From a virus (lineage: Duplodnaviria > Caudoviricetes), in the IMG/VR virus record IMGVR_UViG_3300028591_000166, positions 16,586-80,585 of that record: DNA of 64,000 bases, one strand, 5' to 3'. Each line of letters starts with the position of its first letter. Position 1 is the first letter of the stretch. Below are positions 46,511 to 56,336 of this stretch, one piece after another. The notes beneath the pieces are model-generated. The model saw only the letters and a program-made list of their open reading frames with translations. It ran no database searches and was not told where the DNA came from. The translations under genes and the position numbers were made by a program.

Positions 46511-47645
46511 TTGTATTCACCTCTCTATGTTTATTCATATCAGCTAAATATAGAAGGGCTATATTACGCCTAGATATTAAATTAGTAATCAAATGATTAT
46601 CCATGAATGAATCGCAATAATCATAGGCCGCAGGTATCTGTAGAGACATAGGTGCTATCTTAGTTATAATATTAATCAATATCCAATACCATGGTTGATC
46701 TGCCGAAGATCCTACAGTAAATGTAAGTAGTATAGCGAACATAGTAGTAATTAGAACAGACATAGCTATTTTCTTAAAGCTGTCTTTACTTAATCTACTT
46801 GCATCTGAATTTAATAATGAATAACTATCGGTAGAAACACCTATAACATTATAACCAGAAGTAACAAATGTAGGATGTATATATACAAATCCTTTAACTT
46901 TTTTACCTGTAATGTATTTATTAATATACTCATCAGTTAATTGTTCTTCTAGGTTCTTCTTTTTTGTTTCATATTTAATACGTCTCTTATCTGTAGGATC
47001 AGCATTACGTACTGTATAACTTGTATGTTTATTCAGTAAATCTAATTTATATTTAATATTTGCTTTATGTTGTGCTATCTTACGATTTCTATTAAATACA
47101 TTTATCATCCAAGGTTCAAAAGTTATAGGATCTAATTTATTTGTAGTAGCACTATCAACTTCTTTAAGAAGTGATAAGTATCTATCATATTTTTGTTTAC
47201 GCTTAGATAAGATATAATTAAACACTGAATAATATATTAACAATACAGATACAACATGCGTTGCAGTTGATACCCACCAATAAGGATGTTTAAAGAAAAA
47301 CTTAGTGTACACTTTTACTTTAAAATTATCTGGTGGTATTATATTGTACTTCTGTGATAAAGGGATTTCGTTTTCTTCTGCATAAGCATCAATATACTTA
47401 TCTATCTCTTTATTAGAAGCCCAAGTAAGATTGTAGTTAGGATTAGCACTTACTTTTTCTTGATACTCTGCATATGTCATTTCTTCTATAGCTTCAGTAT
47501 AATGGGCAGAACCTTCAATAACAGGAAGTAATGAGTTAATTGCAAGTACAGCAAGAATAGAAATGATTAAAAATAAAACATTTCTAGTATTCTTATCACG
47601 TGCAATACGCATAATATTTGTTACTGTTTCTTCTGCTACAGACAT
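46500..47645 (-). CDS. Four-TM membrane protein with a large soluble loop (381 aa)
   Basis: Hydrophobic segments near the N-terminus, around residue 125-145, and two near the C-terminus. Confidence 0.75.
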   Translation of the reverse strand: MSVAEETVTNIMRIARDKNTRNVLFLIISILAVLAINSLLPVIEGSAHYTEAIEEMTYAEYQEKVSANPNYNLTWASNKEIDKYIDAYAEENEIPLSQKYNIIPPDNFKVKVYTKFFFKHPYWWVSTATHVVSVLLIYYSVFNYILSKRKQKYDRYLSLLKEVDSATTNKLDPITFEPWMINVFNRNRKIAQHKANIKYKLDLLNKHTSYTVRNADPTDKRRIKYETKKKNLEEQLTDEYINKYITGKKVKGFVYIHPTFVTSGYNVIGVSTDSYSLLNSDASRLSKDSFKKIAMSVLITTMFAILLTFTVGSSADQPWYWILINIITKIAPMSLQIPAAYDYCDSFMDNHLITNLISRRNIALLYLADMNKHREVNTNET

Positions 47646-47647
47646 AA

Positions 47648-47866
47648 TTATAACATTCCTTTAAATTCTTCGTACTTAGTGTCACGTTCTTCTTTAGTTT
47701 CATAAGGAATCATGATAGGACTTGATACATCTGCAACATATATACATACAGCATAATATGGTTCGCTTGCAGGAGTTGCAGGTACATCAACAGTAGCTAA
47801 ACCTTTAACAGCCCATCTATCAAAACAAGCAACACCAAAATCAATTAATTCACGTGTAGAATCCAT
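47648..47866 (-). CDS. Hypothetical protein (72 aa)
   Basis: From the ORF track. GGAGG RBS. Confidence 0.7.
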   Translation of the reverse strand: MDSTRELIDFGVACFDRWAVKGLATVDVPATPASEPYYAVCIYVADVSSPIMIPYETKEERDTKYEEFKGML

Positions 47867-48423
47867 TATTTACCCTCCTTTTGTTTATCAGATTTTTTAT
47901 TTGCTTCTTTCATTTCTTTAGCAATAGATTCATTAATCATATTAATTAAATTGTCATAGTTCTCACGGATCTGTTGTGTAATATACTCAACATCGTATTT
48001 ATAATCTTCAATCTCATCTTGAGTTTTATCTTCTGCAAAAGCAAACTCTTGTTGATATTGCTGACAATGTTCAATATATTGAATATCTGGAAATACATGA
48101 GCTAAAATAAAATTAAATGCTTTTAATGTATCTTCATATAACATTTTTCTAGCTTTGTACATTTGGTGTTCAGTATCATCTTTATTATCAGTTTTAAAAA
48201 CATAAATATGTTTTTCTTTTTCTTCTGTTGTTGCTGGACGCATAATATTTACACCACTGAATAATTCTGCATAAGCAGATACAAAGTTATCCATTAGGTT
48301 CTTGTAATGATATTTAAAATTAGGTGCTTCTATAGCAGGCTTAAATCTAAACTTAGTTTTTCCTTCTGCATCAGTATTAAATGTTACAGAATAAGTAGGT
48401 TTTTTTGTTTCTTTTTCTTCCAT
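47866..48423 (-). CDS. Hypothetical protein (185 aa)
   Basis: From the ORF track. AGGAG RBS. Confidence 0.75.
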   Translation of the reverse strand: MEEKETKKPTYSVTFNTDAEGKTKFRFKPAIEAPNFKYHYKNLMDNFVSAYAELFSGVNIMRPATTEEKEKHIYVFKTDNKDDTEHQMYKARKMLYEDTLKAFNFILAHVFPDIQYIEHCQQYQQEFAFAEDKTQDEIEDYKYDVEYITQQIRENYDNLINMINESIAKEMKEANKKSDKQKEGK

Positions 48424-48434
48424 TTTTTTTCTCC

Positions 48435-48713
48435 TTATAAATCAACTTTATCTATTAAATCGTTTCCACTTAAACAAATATTATACTCTTTTTGATAAAT
48501 ATCAATATAGAGTTCATCTTTGTTTCCGTTATATGTGCATTCGTAATATCTTTGATTATTTGCTAAATCAATAATAACACACTTATGGTTTTGTAATTCT
48601 TTGGCATACCAAACTAGATGTAATTCATTAATTTTGAAATCTTCATTGTACTTTTCTTTTAAGATTTTAATTAGTGCATTCTTACATTTAACTTGAAACT
48701 CATAACTTTGCAT
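48435..48713 (-). CDS. DUF6275-like phage protein
   Basis: LVWYAKELQNHK...YYECTYNGNKDELYIDIYQK matches my recollection of that family. Confidence 0.7.
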   Translation of the reverse strand: MQSYEFQVKCKNALIKILKEKYNEDFKINELHLVWYAKELQNHKCVIIDLANNQRYYECTYNGNKDELYIDIYQKEYNICLSGNDLIDKVDL

Positions 48714-48725
48714 TTTATTTCCTCC

Positions 48726-49034
48726 TTATTTATTTTCATTTTCATCGATGATGTTACCATTTTCATCGATCATATAATGGTTACTTTCAATAAATGCAAC
48801 TTGATGTTCATCTCTAAAGCATTTAATATGTGTTTTAACATAATCAAATATTTGTTCAGAAATTTCCTTTTTAACTTTTTTAAAGAACTGTATATCATCT
48901 GACATATCTATATCATTTTTATATAAGGATGCCATATTATCTACTTCATTGTGTAAATCATCAACAGCTTTTAAAAACCCTTTTTCAAAATCATCAAGTT
49001 TGTCTTCTAATTTTTTTGGGTATGATTGTAACAT
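48726..49034 (-). CDS. Hypothetical protein (102 aa)
   Basis: From the ORF track. GGAGG RBS and its own promoter. Confidence 0.75.
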   Translation of the reverse strand: MLQSYPKKLEDKLDDFEKGFLKAVDDLHNEVDNMASLYKNDIDMSDDIQFFKKVKKEISEQIFDYVKTHIKCFRDEHQVAFIESNHYMIDENGNIIDENENK

Positions 49035-49053
49035 AATGTCCTCCTCTGTTAAT

Positions 49054-49082
49054 ATTATACCACTTTATAAGCTCATTGTAAA
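49054..49082 (-). promoter_or_regulatory. SigmaA-type promoter
   Basis: TTTACA, 17-nt spacer, TGgTATAAT. Confidence 0.75.
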
Positions 49083-49083
49083 T

Positions 49084-49120
49084 AAAAAGATACACATAAT
49101 TTACGTCTTATGTGTATCTT
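49084..49120 (-). terminator. Intrinsic terminator after the portal gene
   Basis: 13-bp stem AAGATACACATAA / TTATGTGTATCTT followed by a T-run on the minus strand. Confidence 0.85.
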
Positions 49121-49127
49121 ATAAATT

Positions 49128-50999
49128 CTATTCAAATCCTCTACCTAATGAAGGATCTTGCATCATAGCATTCTTTTCTTCTATAAGCATTTGGATTGCT
49201 TCTTGTGCTGCTTGTTCTTCAGATAATCCTTGTGCTAATAGTTTAGAGAATATTGATGCAAAGTTAGTTAAGTCAGAAATTAAGTCTTCTGCAGTACTAC
49301 TCTGTTTATCTTTCTCAATACGTTGTAATAATAAATCTTTTTGAGGGAAATCAGAGTATCTAACAAGATCTGCTTCAGAGATAATCTGTGTTTTAAAGTT
49401 ATATTGACCTTGCATCTCATATAATGCTTTAGCACTTTCAAATAAGTTAGCCTGGTTCATAGGTAGTAATACTGATGCATTAATCATATAATTATATGGT
49501 ACTTCATTAAATCTAAGTTTATAAGTACTTATAACTGCATTTGTACCTGTAGCAGATAATTTTGGTACTTGATATTCTTGTTCTCCTGAGAAGTTTGTGT
49601 AGAAATCAATAATGATTTTAGTGATATTCTCACAGAATTCTTCAAGGAGTGTAATACGAGAATTATCTGTAAGCATTGTAACTCTTGCTTGGAATGCTTG
49701 TGTAGCTCCTGTCGTTTGTATAGAGTTAGTCATTCTACCTTTATAGTAAGGATCCACACCAGTAATTTGGAATATAGAGTTTTCTAATCTATTCTTTAAA
49801 GGGGTTAAATCAGGGATAGTTGGTACTTCAACATAATGTACTATGTCTCTAGGATCACCTTTAACTTCAAACGAAGCACCAGGAGTTGCACCATATTTAG
49901 AGAAAGACCTCATATTAATACGACCATCTACATTAACTAATCTTACTCTATTAAGCAATCTATATGGTTGTGTTGCTTCCATGCTATCAAGTAAGTTTAA
50001 TGTTATAACTGTATTTAAAATCTTAATCAGTTTTGAATCACCATAAGGAGATCCTTCAGGTCTTGATGGTGTGTATATAGCAATAGGGAATTCTTTAAGA
50101 TCGAGACGAATACCATAGATAATAACTGCTTCATCTAGAATAAATATCTGATCTATTGTACCTTCATCATTCCTTACGAAGCACTCAAGTAGTGATACCA
50201 TCTGGTTATCTGATGTTGTATTATTATTGATTTCAATACGATATTGTTTAGTCTTGTCATCATACCTAGTCTTACCCTTCATGTATTTTTCTACTTCTTT
50301 TGAAAAACGTTCATCATTTTTTAATTTATTAATATCTATAGATCTTTCTATAAATATTGAATGTCCTTCTTTGTAGTCATCTACATTAGGATCAAGATAT
50401 ACTTCATCAGGTGATAATGCTTTAATAGATACACAAAGTTTGTTTTGGTTCCAATCTACTCTTACAGCACCTAAGTTATATAGTTCACCATTCTCACCAA
50501 TATGTAAGAACTTATTTTTCATACCCCATTTATTCCAGTTATATGATATAAAAGCGTTTAAATGTTCTATATATTCGGTGTCTTCTTCTCTCACAGGAGT
50601 AAGTGTTCCTATAAATGCCCCTGAATATATACTATTAAGATATGCTTGTACAGTATATTCAAGATAGTTCCAATCAGGTGTTAATGTATAATCTTTAAGA
50701 TATTTCTTAAATACTTGCCAGAAGTCACCTTTGTATAAAGATCTAATTAATCTCCAACTCTTGAGAATCTTTTGTTTAAAAGATCTATACTCACTAAAGA
50801 TTTTTATAAGTTTTTCAACATCATATTCTTTTTTAACATCTTTAGGTTCTTTAGTATCTACAGGAGGAATTGGATTTTGTTGAGGTAAACTAAGCACTTT
50901 AGGTCCTTGTTGTTGAGCAGCACCTGCCATAGCACTAGGATCTATTCGATCTTGTCCAGCACCTTGCATCATTTGTGCTGTTTGATTCATATCTGGCAT
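49128..50999 (-). CDS. Portal protein (623 aa)
   Basis: Size and position after TerL fit. Podophage portal-type motifs: LSPDEVYLDP, ITGVDPYYKG...TATGA, Y..NASVLLPMNQA. Confidence 0.8.
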   Translation of the reverse strand: MPDMNQTAQMMQGAGQDRIDPSAMAGAAQQQGPKVLSLPQQNPIPPVDTKEPKDVKKEYDVEKLIKIFSEYRSFKQKILKSWRLIRSLYKGDFWQVFKKYLKDYTLTPDWNYLEYTVQAYLNSIYSGAFIGTLTPVREEDTEYIEHLNAFISYNWNKWGMKNKFLHIGENGELYNLGAVRVDWNQNKLCVSIKALSPDEVYLDPNVDDYKEGHSIFIERSIDINKLKNDERFSKEVEKYMKGKTRYDDKTKQYRIEINNNTTSDNQMVSLLECFVRNDEGTIDQIFILDEAVIIYGIRLDLKEFPIAIYTPSRPEGSPYGDSKLIKILNTVITLNLLDSMEATQPYRLLNRVRLVNVDGRINMRSFSKYGATPGASFEVKGDPRDIVHYVEVPTIPDLTPLKNRLENSIFQITGVDPYYKGRMTNSIQTTGATQAFQARVTMLTDNSRITLLEEFCENITKIIIDFYTNFSGEQEYQVPKLSATGTNAVISTYKLRFNEVPYNYMINASVLLPMNQANLFESAKALYEMQGQYNFKTQIISEADLVRYSDFPQKDLLLQRIEKDKQSSTAEDLISDLTNFASIFSKLLAQGLSEEQAAQEAIQMLIEEKNAMMQDPSLGRGFE

Positions 51000-51370
51000 T
51001 ATTCGTCACCCCCTCCATTCATAATTGTTTTTAGAGTGTTTGTTAAAGCATTATTATATTTATTGATACTATTCTCAATATTTTGCTCTATTTCTTTTTT
51101 AATCTTTTCTTGTTCTTCTTTATCTCGTTTGGCAATTTCTTTATTCGCTTCTTCTTGATTATCGAACATACTTTGTGATGTATTAGACACATCATCAGTA
51201 TCCATCCGGGATGTATGCCCCGAATGTGAATTCATCCGATGCATCGGCTTCTCCGCCTTTGTCACTTGTCGGGGTTTCAATCGTAGAATAAGATAAGTTA
51301 TCAGGATTGTATCTGCCATCAAAAGGACCGAATCTATTATCATTAAAATTATTCCTAGAACTTCCATCAT
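50999..51370 (-). CDS. Single-TM protein (123 aa) whose first 176 nt overlap terL in another frame
   Basis: Strong GGAGG RBS inside terL, N-terminal TM segment, and stop coupled to the portal start. Confidence 0.7.
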   Translation of the reverse strand: MMEVLGIILMIIDSVLLMADTILITYLILRLKPRQVTKAEKPMHRMNSHSGHTSRMDTDDVSNTSQSMFDNQEEANKEIAKRDKEEQEKIKKEIEQNIENSINKYNNALTNTLKTIMNGGGDE

Positions 51371-53099
51371 TTACCTCCAAAGGATTATATATTTTTTGTT
51401 TTTGTATATTTGGTTTATTTAATTCTTTATCATGCTCAAACTTAACACCAGGTTTTATATAAGCACTCATGTTTATTTCTTGTAAATTATGAGGTAATTC
51501 TACTACAACAAATTCAAGTGCAGTTATACCGTGGTCTTTACCGTCTTTAGGTGTCCTTGTAGGAACACCATTCTTATCCAGAATAAAAGAATAATTTAGT
51601 AATTCTTCTATTAAATATTCACAAGTAGAATATATTTCCATCTGTCCATGGTTAATTAAAGAGTTCATCTTAATTATACGAATCTCATGGTTAGCAAATG
51701 CTGGTTCAAAGAATAATCCTAATGCTTCAAAAGCACCGCCTATTGTATGTAAATCAGATTCTCTTTTATTATATGACTTACCATCAAAGCGTGGTAACAT
51801 CATTAAACCATTTAAGTGTGTACCATTTATAGCAGTATTCTTACGATACTCTTTAGCTATTGTTTTAACATCGGCATTATTTATACGAAGCTCATCATAC
51901 ACATAAAGTTTCTTTGTTTCTGTAGAAAATGCCGTATAAACAATATGTGTATAGTCAACTATACCATAGTCAAGACCTATAGCAAACCATAACACTCTCT
52001 TACCTGTTTCATCAAACTCTCTAGGGAGCGGATGATTTTTAACTATACATAAGCCTACATTAGGAAATACAAGATTGTTATTAAAATTAAAACTACCATA
52101 TACAAACTGTGCTACCCATGCAGGTGACTTACCTTTAGATAAATCAGCTATATAGTTATTAGGTAAGTATGGGTTAGCATCTGTAGGTATTATTTGTGTA
52201 AACTTATTTGGATCAGGATGTTCAGACATTTTATATCCTTCATTCTTTGCAGATCCATAATATCTTACATCTTTAGAATCTGTTAAAAACTTTTTAACCC
52301 AGTTAGATGCAGGGTTTGTCTCCATAAGAATATGTCTAGCATCTACTCTATACTTAACCTTATATGTATTTGTTGCAGGATCATATTCCATCAAAGGATG
52401 TCCTGTAGTATCATAGTAAGGTATCATAGCTGCTGCATTTCTTATACGTGATTTGAACATATCAAATCCTGATTCAGGTACATCAGATGCTTCAACTATA
52501 ACAGCAAGAGTTAAGTTCATAGATTTAAGTTTTGTAGGGTCATCAAAACTACGCAAAAGTAAAACTGAACCATTGGTTATATAAAACTCATGCTTTTGTT
52601 CATTCTTACCTTTAAGTAGTTTTTGTGGGAAAGCAGCTTTAAATTCTTCAAGGAATGTTGGTTCTAGTGCAGGATATGTACGAGCAGCAACACATACACG
52701 AGCAGAAGGTATAAGTAATAAATGTTTTATTACATATTGTATATCTGCTGTAGATTTACCACTACCATAACCACCTGCTGTTAATTTAAATCTAGCAGGA
52801 TGTTTAAAGAAATCTGCCTGATGAGGTAAAGGTTTAAAAGCATTAACTAATGTACCACAAGCAGGACACTCTCTAAAACAGGTACTCTCATTTCCAGATA
52901 TTGCTAATGTAGCAACTAAAGGTTTTCTACATCTAGGACATATCCAAAGTTGGTCAATATGGGATAGGTCAACATCAGATACAGGTGTATCAGAAATATA
53001 CATATCTTCATTGATACGCTCTTGTTTCTGTTCAGGTATATCAATTATTACGTCTTCATCCACATCTATAGATGTGTTATTAATTAAACTCTTTTTCAT
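51195..53099 (-). CDS. terL: Terminase large subunit with an N-terminal Zn-ribbon
   Basis: Walker A GGYGSGKST, Walker B LAVIVEAS, motif METNP, RNase H-like AIGLDYG and DGKDH. CPRC...CPAC near the N-terminus. Confidence 0.92.
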   Translation of the reverse strand: MKKSLINNTSIDVDEDVIIDIPEQKQERINEDMYISDTPVSDVDLSHIDQLWICPRCRKPLVATLAISGNESTCFRECPACGTLVNAFKPLPHQADFFKHPARFKLTAGGYGSGKSTADIQYVIKHLLLIPSARVCVAARTYPALEPTFLEEFKAAFPQKLLKGKNEQKHEFYITNGSVLLLRSFDDPTKLKSMNLTLAVIVEASDVPESGFDMFKSRIRNAAAMIPYYDTTGHPLMEYDPATNTYKVKYRVDARHILMETNPASNWVKKFLTDSKDVRYYGSAKNEGYKMSEHPDPNKFTQIIPTDANPYLPNNYIADLSKGKSPAWVAQFVYGSFNFNNNLVFPNVGLCIVKNHPLPREFDETGKRVLWFAIGLDYGIVDYTHIVYTAFSTETKKLYVYDELRINNADVKTIAKEYRKNTAINGTHLNGLMMLPRFDGKSYNKRESDLHTIGGAFEALGLFFEPAFANHEIRIIKMNSLINHGQMEIYSTCEYLIEELLNYSFILDKNGVPTRTPKDGKDHGITALEFVVVELPHNLQEINMSAYIKPGVKFEHDKELNKPNIQKQKIYNPLEVNDGSSRNNFNDNRFGPFDGRYNPDNLSYSTIETPTSDKGGEADASDEFTFGAYIPDGY

Positions 53100-53527
53100 A
53101 AATTATTAGCGTTCTCTGGTACGTTAGGTAAAAACTGTTTTTCATCATATGTTAATGGTGTTTGTATATAGATATATTGTACAGGTACAGCAAAGTCTGC
53201 TTTATGATCATCTCTATATTTAATAGCAGCCGAAAGTCTAGCAGAATCTGCTTGAGATAAATGAGCATCTAAGTTTAAAGATTGGTTAATAATAATACCA
53301 GCTCTTGTATATATAATTTTATCAATATATTCTTGTACTCTACTGTCTGCTATAAACTCCTGCCAATCAGTATATGTAGTATACTGACCTATTAAAGAAG
53401 CAAGTTCATGTGGATTCGATTCAAATAATTTGTCATATAATATTGGATTCGCTTCTGCAGCATTCCACAATCTAGCAAGATTAAGTAACTTACTTTCAGA
53501 ATTATTAAACATATCTAATGAAATCAT
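53096..53527 (-). CDS. Hypothetical protein; terminase small subunit candidate (143 aa)
   Basis: Based on position only: directly upstream of and coupled to terL. Confidence 0.4.
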   Translation of the reverse strand: MISLDMFNNSESKLLNLARLWNAAEANPILYDKLFESNPHELASLIGQYTTYTDWQEFIADSRVQEYIDKIIYTRAGIIINQSLNLDAHLSQADSARLSAAIKYRDDHKADFAVPVQYIYIQTPLTYDEKQFLPNVPENANNL

Positions 53528-53537
53528 ATTAACACCT

Positions 53538-54116
53538 TTAATAGTTAGGAAAAAGTTTAATCCTTTCCTTATATTTATATCCTTTTTTATCTGTCTTAAT
53601 TCTATATAAAGTGAATTGTTCTATAGGATACAAAGCGACCCATAATCTTAGTTGGTCTCTAGCTTCTGCTATAGAATTAAATTCATATCTTTTTTCAGCT
53701 CTACCTACAGTCCTTATAATAAGAGCAGGTTGTTTAGATCCCCTTCTACTTTTTGTACCTCTAGTCCCTCTAAAGTTATCAAAAAAAGAATATGTATCTA
53801 AATGATCTAAAGTGTCTTCTTTAGAATGTGTAAACAAATAATTAAATAATGCTTTAGCATAGGTTAAATCTTTACCTTTAAAAAAATCATATACATATTC
53901 AAGCCCATAATCTGTTAGGTAATATTCTGTGCTTACACCTTTTTTACCATATATAGACATAGTAAAAGGTTGGTTAGTATTAACAGCATACATCTTCATA
54001 ACTGCTTGAAGGTTTGTATATCTTAAAGGATACCTTCTTATAGTATCTTTAGTAAGTATCCCTAGTTGTTCTAGGGATACTTCAGATACTGGTAGTATTC
54101 TATTGTCCATATTCAT
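53538..54116 (-). CDS. Hypothetical basic protein (192 aa)
   Basis: From the ORF track. K/R-rich C-terminal half. Confidence 0.7.
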   Translation of the reverse strand: MNMDNRILPVSEVSLEQLGILTKDTIRRYPLRYTNLQAVMKMYAVNTNQPFTMSIYGKKGVSTEYYLTDYGLEYVYDFFKGKDLTYAKALFNYLFTHSKEDTLDHLDTYSFFDNFRGTRGTKSRRGSKQPALIIRTVGRAEKRYEFNSIAEARDQLRLWVALYPIEQFTLYRIKTDKKGYKYKERIKLFPNY

Positions 54117-54369
54117 TTAATGCTTCGCCCATATAATCTTCAGATCCCTCTGATGCTCCTTCAGATTCTTCAGGCACAGTACCGCCTTCGACAGAAATGT
54201 TACTATCTGTAATACTAAATGTATATCCTGCATCATTGATTGCTGTGATAACACTAACTAAAGTATCTTTATCAATATCAGCAATATCAATATCAAGAAC
54301 ACCACCTTCATAATCTTCTGTGTAAGTTACACCTAAATCGTCTAATGTAGCAATTAAATCTTCAAACAT
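54100..54369 (-). CDS. Highly acidic protein (89 aa)
   Basis: 23 D/E against 1 K and no R; GGAGG RBS; own promoter. Confidence 0.8.
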   Translation of the reverse strand: MFEDLIATLDDLGVTYTEDYEGGVLDIDIADIDKDTLVSVITAINDAGYTFSITDSNISVEGGTVPEESEGASEGSEDYMGEALNEYGQ

Positions 54370-54392
54370 TTAAAGTACCTCCAATCAATAAA

Positions 54393-54422
54393 ATTATAAC
54401 ATAATAAATCTAAGTAGGTCAA
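54393..54422 (-). promoter_or_regulatory. SigmaA-type promoter
   Basis: TTGACC, 18-nt spacer, TGtTATAAT. Confidence 0.7.
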
Positions 54423-54434
54423 TAAACATATCAC

Positions 54435-54782
54435 TTATGTTTCTATAAAAATTGTTGGTCTATATATAGGTAATCCTTTTTTAATATATAAACAAAGCTT
54501 CATTAGTTCTTCAAGTTCTTCTTTGGTATTGACACAGAAATACCTATAAGGATCTGATGCAACCAAAAATGTTTTCCATTTTAATTGTATTGGTGTTAAC
54601 TGATAATAACTGCCACCTTTAAACTCTACCCATAGAGTACCACCATTTGGTACTATTACTATCCTATCAGGTATACCTGCATACACAGAAGATGGACCTT
54701 TAAAAGCACGAATATTATTTTCTTTACACCATTTAACAAATTTATTTTCTAAGTATTTTTCTATTGAAGTCTTTGTTGCCAT
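54435..54782 (-). CDS. VRR-NUC domain nuclease (resolvase-like)
   Basis: E..LE ... GIPDRIVI ... WVEFK ... LTPIQ; PD-(D/E)xK motif. Confidence 0.88.
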   Translation of the reverse strand: MATKTSIEKYLENKFVKWCKENNIRAFKGPSSVYAGIPDRIVIVPNGGTLWVEFKGGSYYQLTPIQLKWKTFLVASDPYRYFCVNTKEELEELMKLCLYIKKGLPIYRPTIFIET

Positions 54783-54785
54783 AAT

Positions 54786-55121
54786 CTAGTCTATTACTCC
54801 ATTCTTACGTAAAGCATCTATAGATGTTTTATATGCTTCACATTGTGTTTTGTAACTATCAACATCTCTTTTAAGATCTTGTATCTGTCTTGCAGTAGAT
54901 GCTAATACATCTTTAATATCATTGAACACTTGTTCAGATACTATAGATATAGGGTGTCCTCCTGCATCTGTCCATTGATCTTCATACACTTGTGATCTTC
55001 TTTTATGTACTATCGCATGACGCTTTCTACTCTTACCAGATCTTTCATCCATGAATATTATCATATCAAATAAAGATGTAGTAAGTACTAAATTGTCTGC
55101 TCCTGGTTTTATAATATTCAT
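54786..55121 (-). CDS. Hypothetical protein (111 aa)
   Basis: From the ORF track. Coupled operon. Confidence 0.7.
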   Translation of the reverse strand: MNIIKPGADNLVLTTSLFDMIIFMDERSGKSRKRHAIVHKRRSQVYEDQWTDAGGHPISIVSEQVFNDIKDVLASTARQIQDLKRDVDSYKTQCEAYKTSIDALRKNGVID

Positions 55122-55471
55122 AATTGTTTTAGATCCCTTTCATCATTTAATTTTGCTGCATAGATTAAACCTTTATCAGTTTCTAATACACCATGTAATA
55201 TACATGGATGCTCCACCAAAGCATTAAAATAACTTTCTGCTTCATCGTAATAATCGAATATTGAATAAATATCTAAATCTTCAACATAGACTATAAATCT
55301 ATCACATAATTCTTTTATGTTATCAGCTTCTTTAATAACACTTTTATCGGTTATCTTTTTCCAGCTACCTGTTCTTGGATTTATTTCAATATGATACATA
55401 AATCCAATTGGCATAGACTCTCTATATAAAACTTTGTATATTCCTGTTTTAGTTCTAACATATTCACTCAT
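55118..55471 (-). CDS. Hypothetical protein (117 aa)
   Basis: From the ORF track. Coupled operon. Confidence 0.7.
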   Translation of the reverse strand: MSEYVRTKTGIYKVLYRESMPIGFMYHIEINPRTGSWKKITDKSVIKEADNIKELCDRFIVYVEDLDIYSIFDYYDEAESYFNALVEHPCILHGVLETDKGLIYAAKLNDERDLKQL

Positions 55472-55658
55472 TTTCTAATACCTCTACTTTTTTAACTTCT
55501 ATCTCTGCGTTTTCTTTTTTATTTGCATAGAGGTCCTTACATATATCAGTAAGCACTAAAGAATTTTTTTCATCTTCCTTTAAAGTATTTGCGATACTTT
55601 CTAAAGCATTTGCGATACGCTCTATATTATTATAAAAGTTTTCTTCTGCTTTAAGCAT
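55464..55658 (-). CDS. Hypothetical protein (64 aa)
   Basis: From the ORF track. AGGAGG RBS. Confidence 0.65.
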   Translation of the reverse strand: MLKAEENFYNNIERIANALESIANTLKEDEKNSLVLTDICKDLYANKKENAEIEVKKVEVLENE

Positions 55659-56022
55659 TTTTAGTTCCTCCTTTTATATACTTTTCAATATCTATTAAAT
55701 AAGCACTTCTATCTTCTATATTAAATCTACACCAATAGTTATTTCCTATTTGTATTTTATGATTGTAAGATTTAGCCTGTTCAATAATGTATAAATCAGG
55801 TTTATTTTCTAGCATATATTCTATATGTTCTTTTTCAAGAAAATATTTTTCTGTATTGACTTTACTAATGCTCCTACCCGTCCCTAAAGCTACTGCTAGA
55901 ATCATAACTAATACTGTTATTACTCCTAAACTAAGACGTGTTATTTTTTCATTATCAAAAAATATTATTATCCCAGCAATACATAATAAAATTAAAACTC
56001 CACATATTATTGTTGCTATCAT
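55651..56022 (-). CDS. Two-TM membrane protein (123 aa)
   Basis: Two N-terminal hydrophobic segments. Confidence 0.7.
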   Translation of the reverse strand: MIATIICGVLILLCIAGIIIFFDNEKITRLSLGVITVLVMILAVALGTGRSISKVNTEKYFLEKEHIEYMLENKPDLYIIEQAKSYNHKIQIGNNYWCRFNIEDRSAYLIDIEKYIKGGTKNA

Positions 56023-56336
56023 TTTTCTAATACCTCTTTTAACTTCTCTAATAGTTCCCTTACTTCTTTTGTTTTTTCAAATACTATGAAGTAATAATCA
56101 TCACCATTATCTTGGTTGTTATCAATTTCTACGATATGTGATTTTAATATTTCATTAGTTTTTAATTCTCTTTTGATAATTTCTAAACATTTAACCATTT
56201 CATAGACATCTTTGCAATCATCATTTTCTTCTTTATCAATGTTAAACTTTATTGATTGACAATTCAGACACAAAGTATTATCTATTTTTTCATATGCTTC
56301 TAGTGGTTTATTTTTCATAATAAGTTGCTCCTGCAT
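56019..56336 (-). CDS. Hypothetical protein (105 aa)
   Basis: From the ORF track. The start may be the downstream MKNKPL Met. Confidence 0.6.
   Translation of the reverse strand: MQEQLIMKNKPLEAYEKIDNTLCLNCQSIKFNIDKEENDDCKDVYEMVKCLEIIKRELKTNEILKSHIVEIDNNQDNGDDYYFIVFEKTKEVRELLEKLKEVLEK

Noticed and set aside
36446-51158. Plus-strand ORFs opposite structural genes (e.g. 36446, 38478, 43622, 44892, 45321, 48949, 49843, 50440, 50907)
   Set aside because: Antisense to well-supported genes, with low-complexity translations and no RBS.
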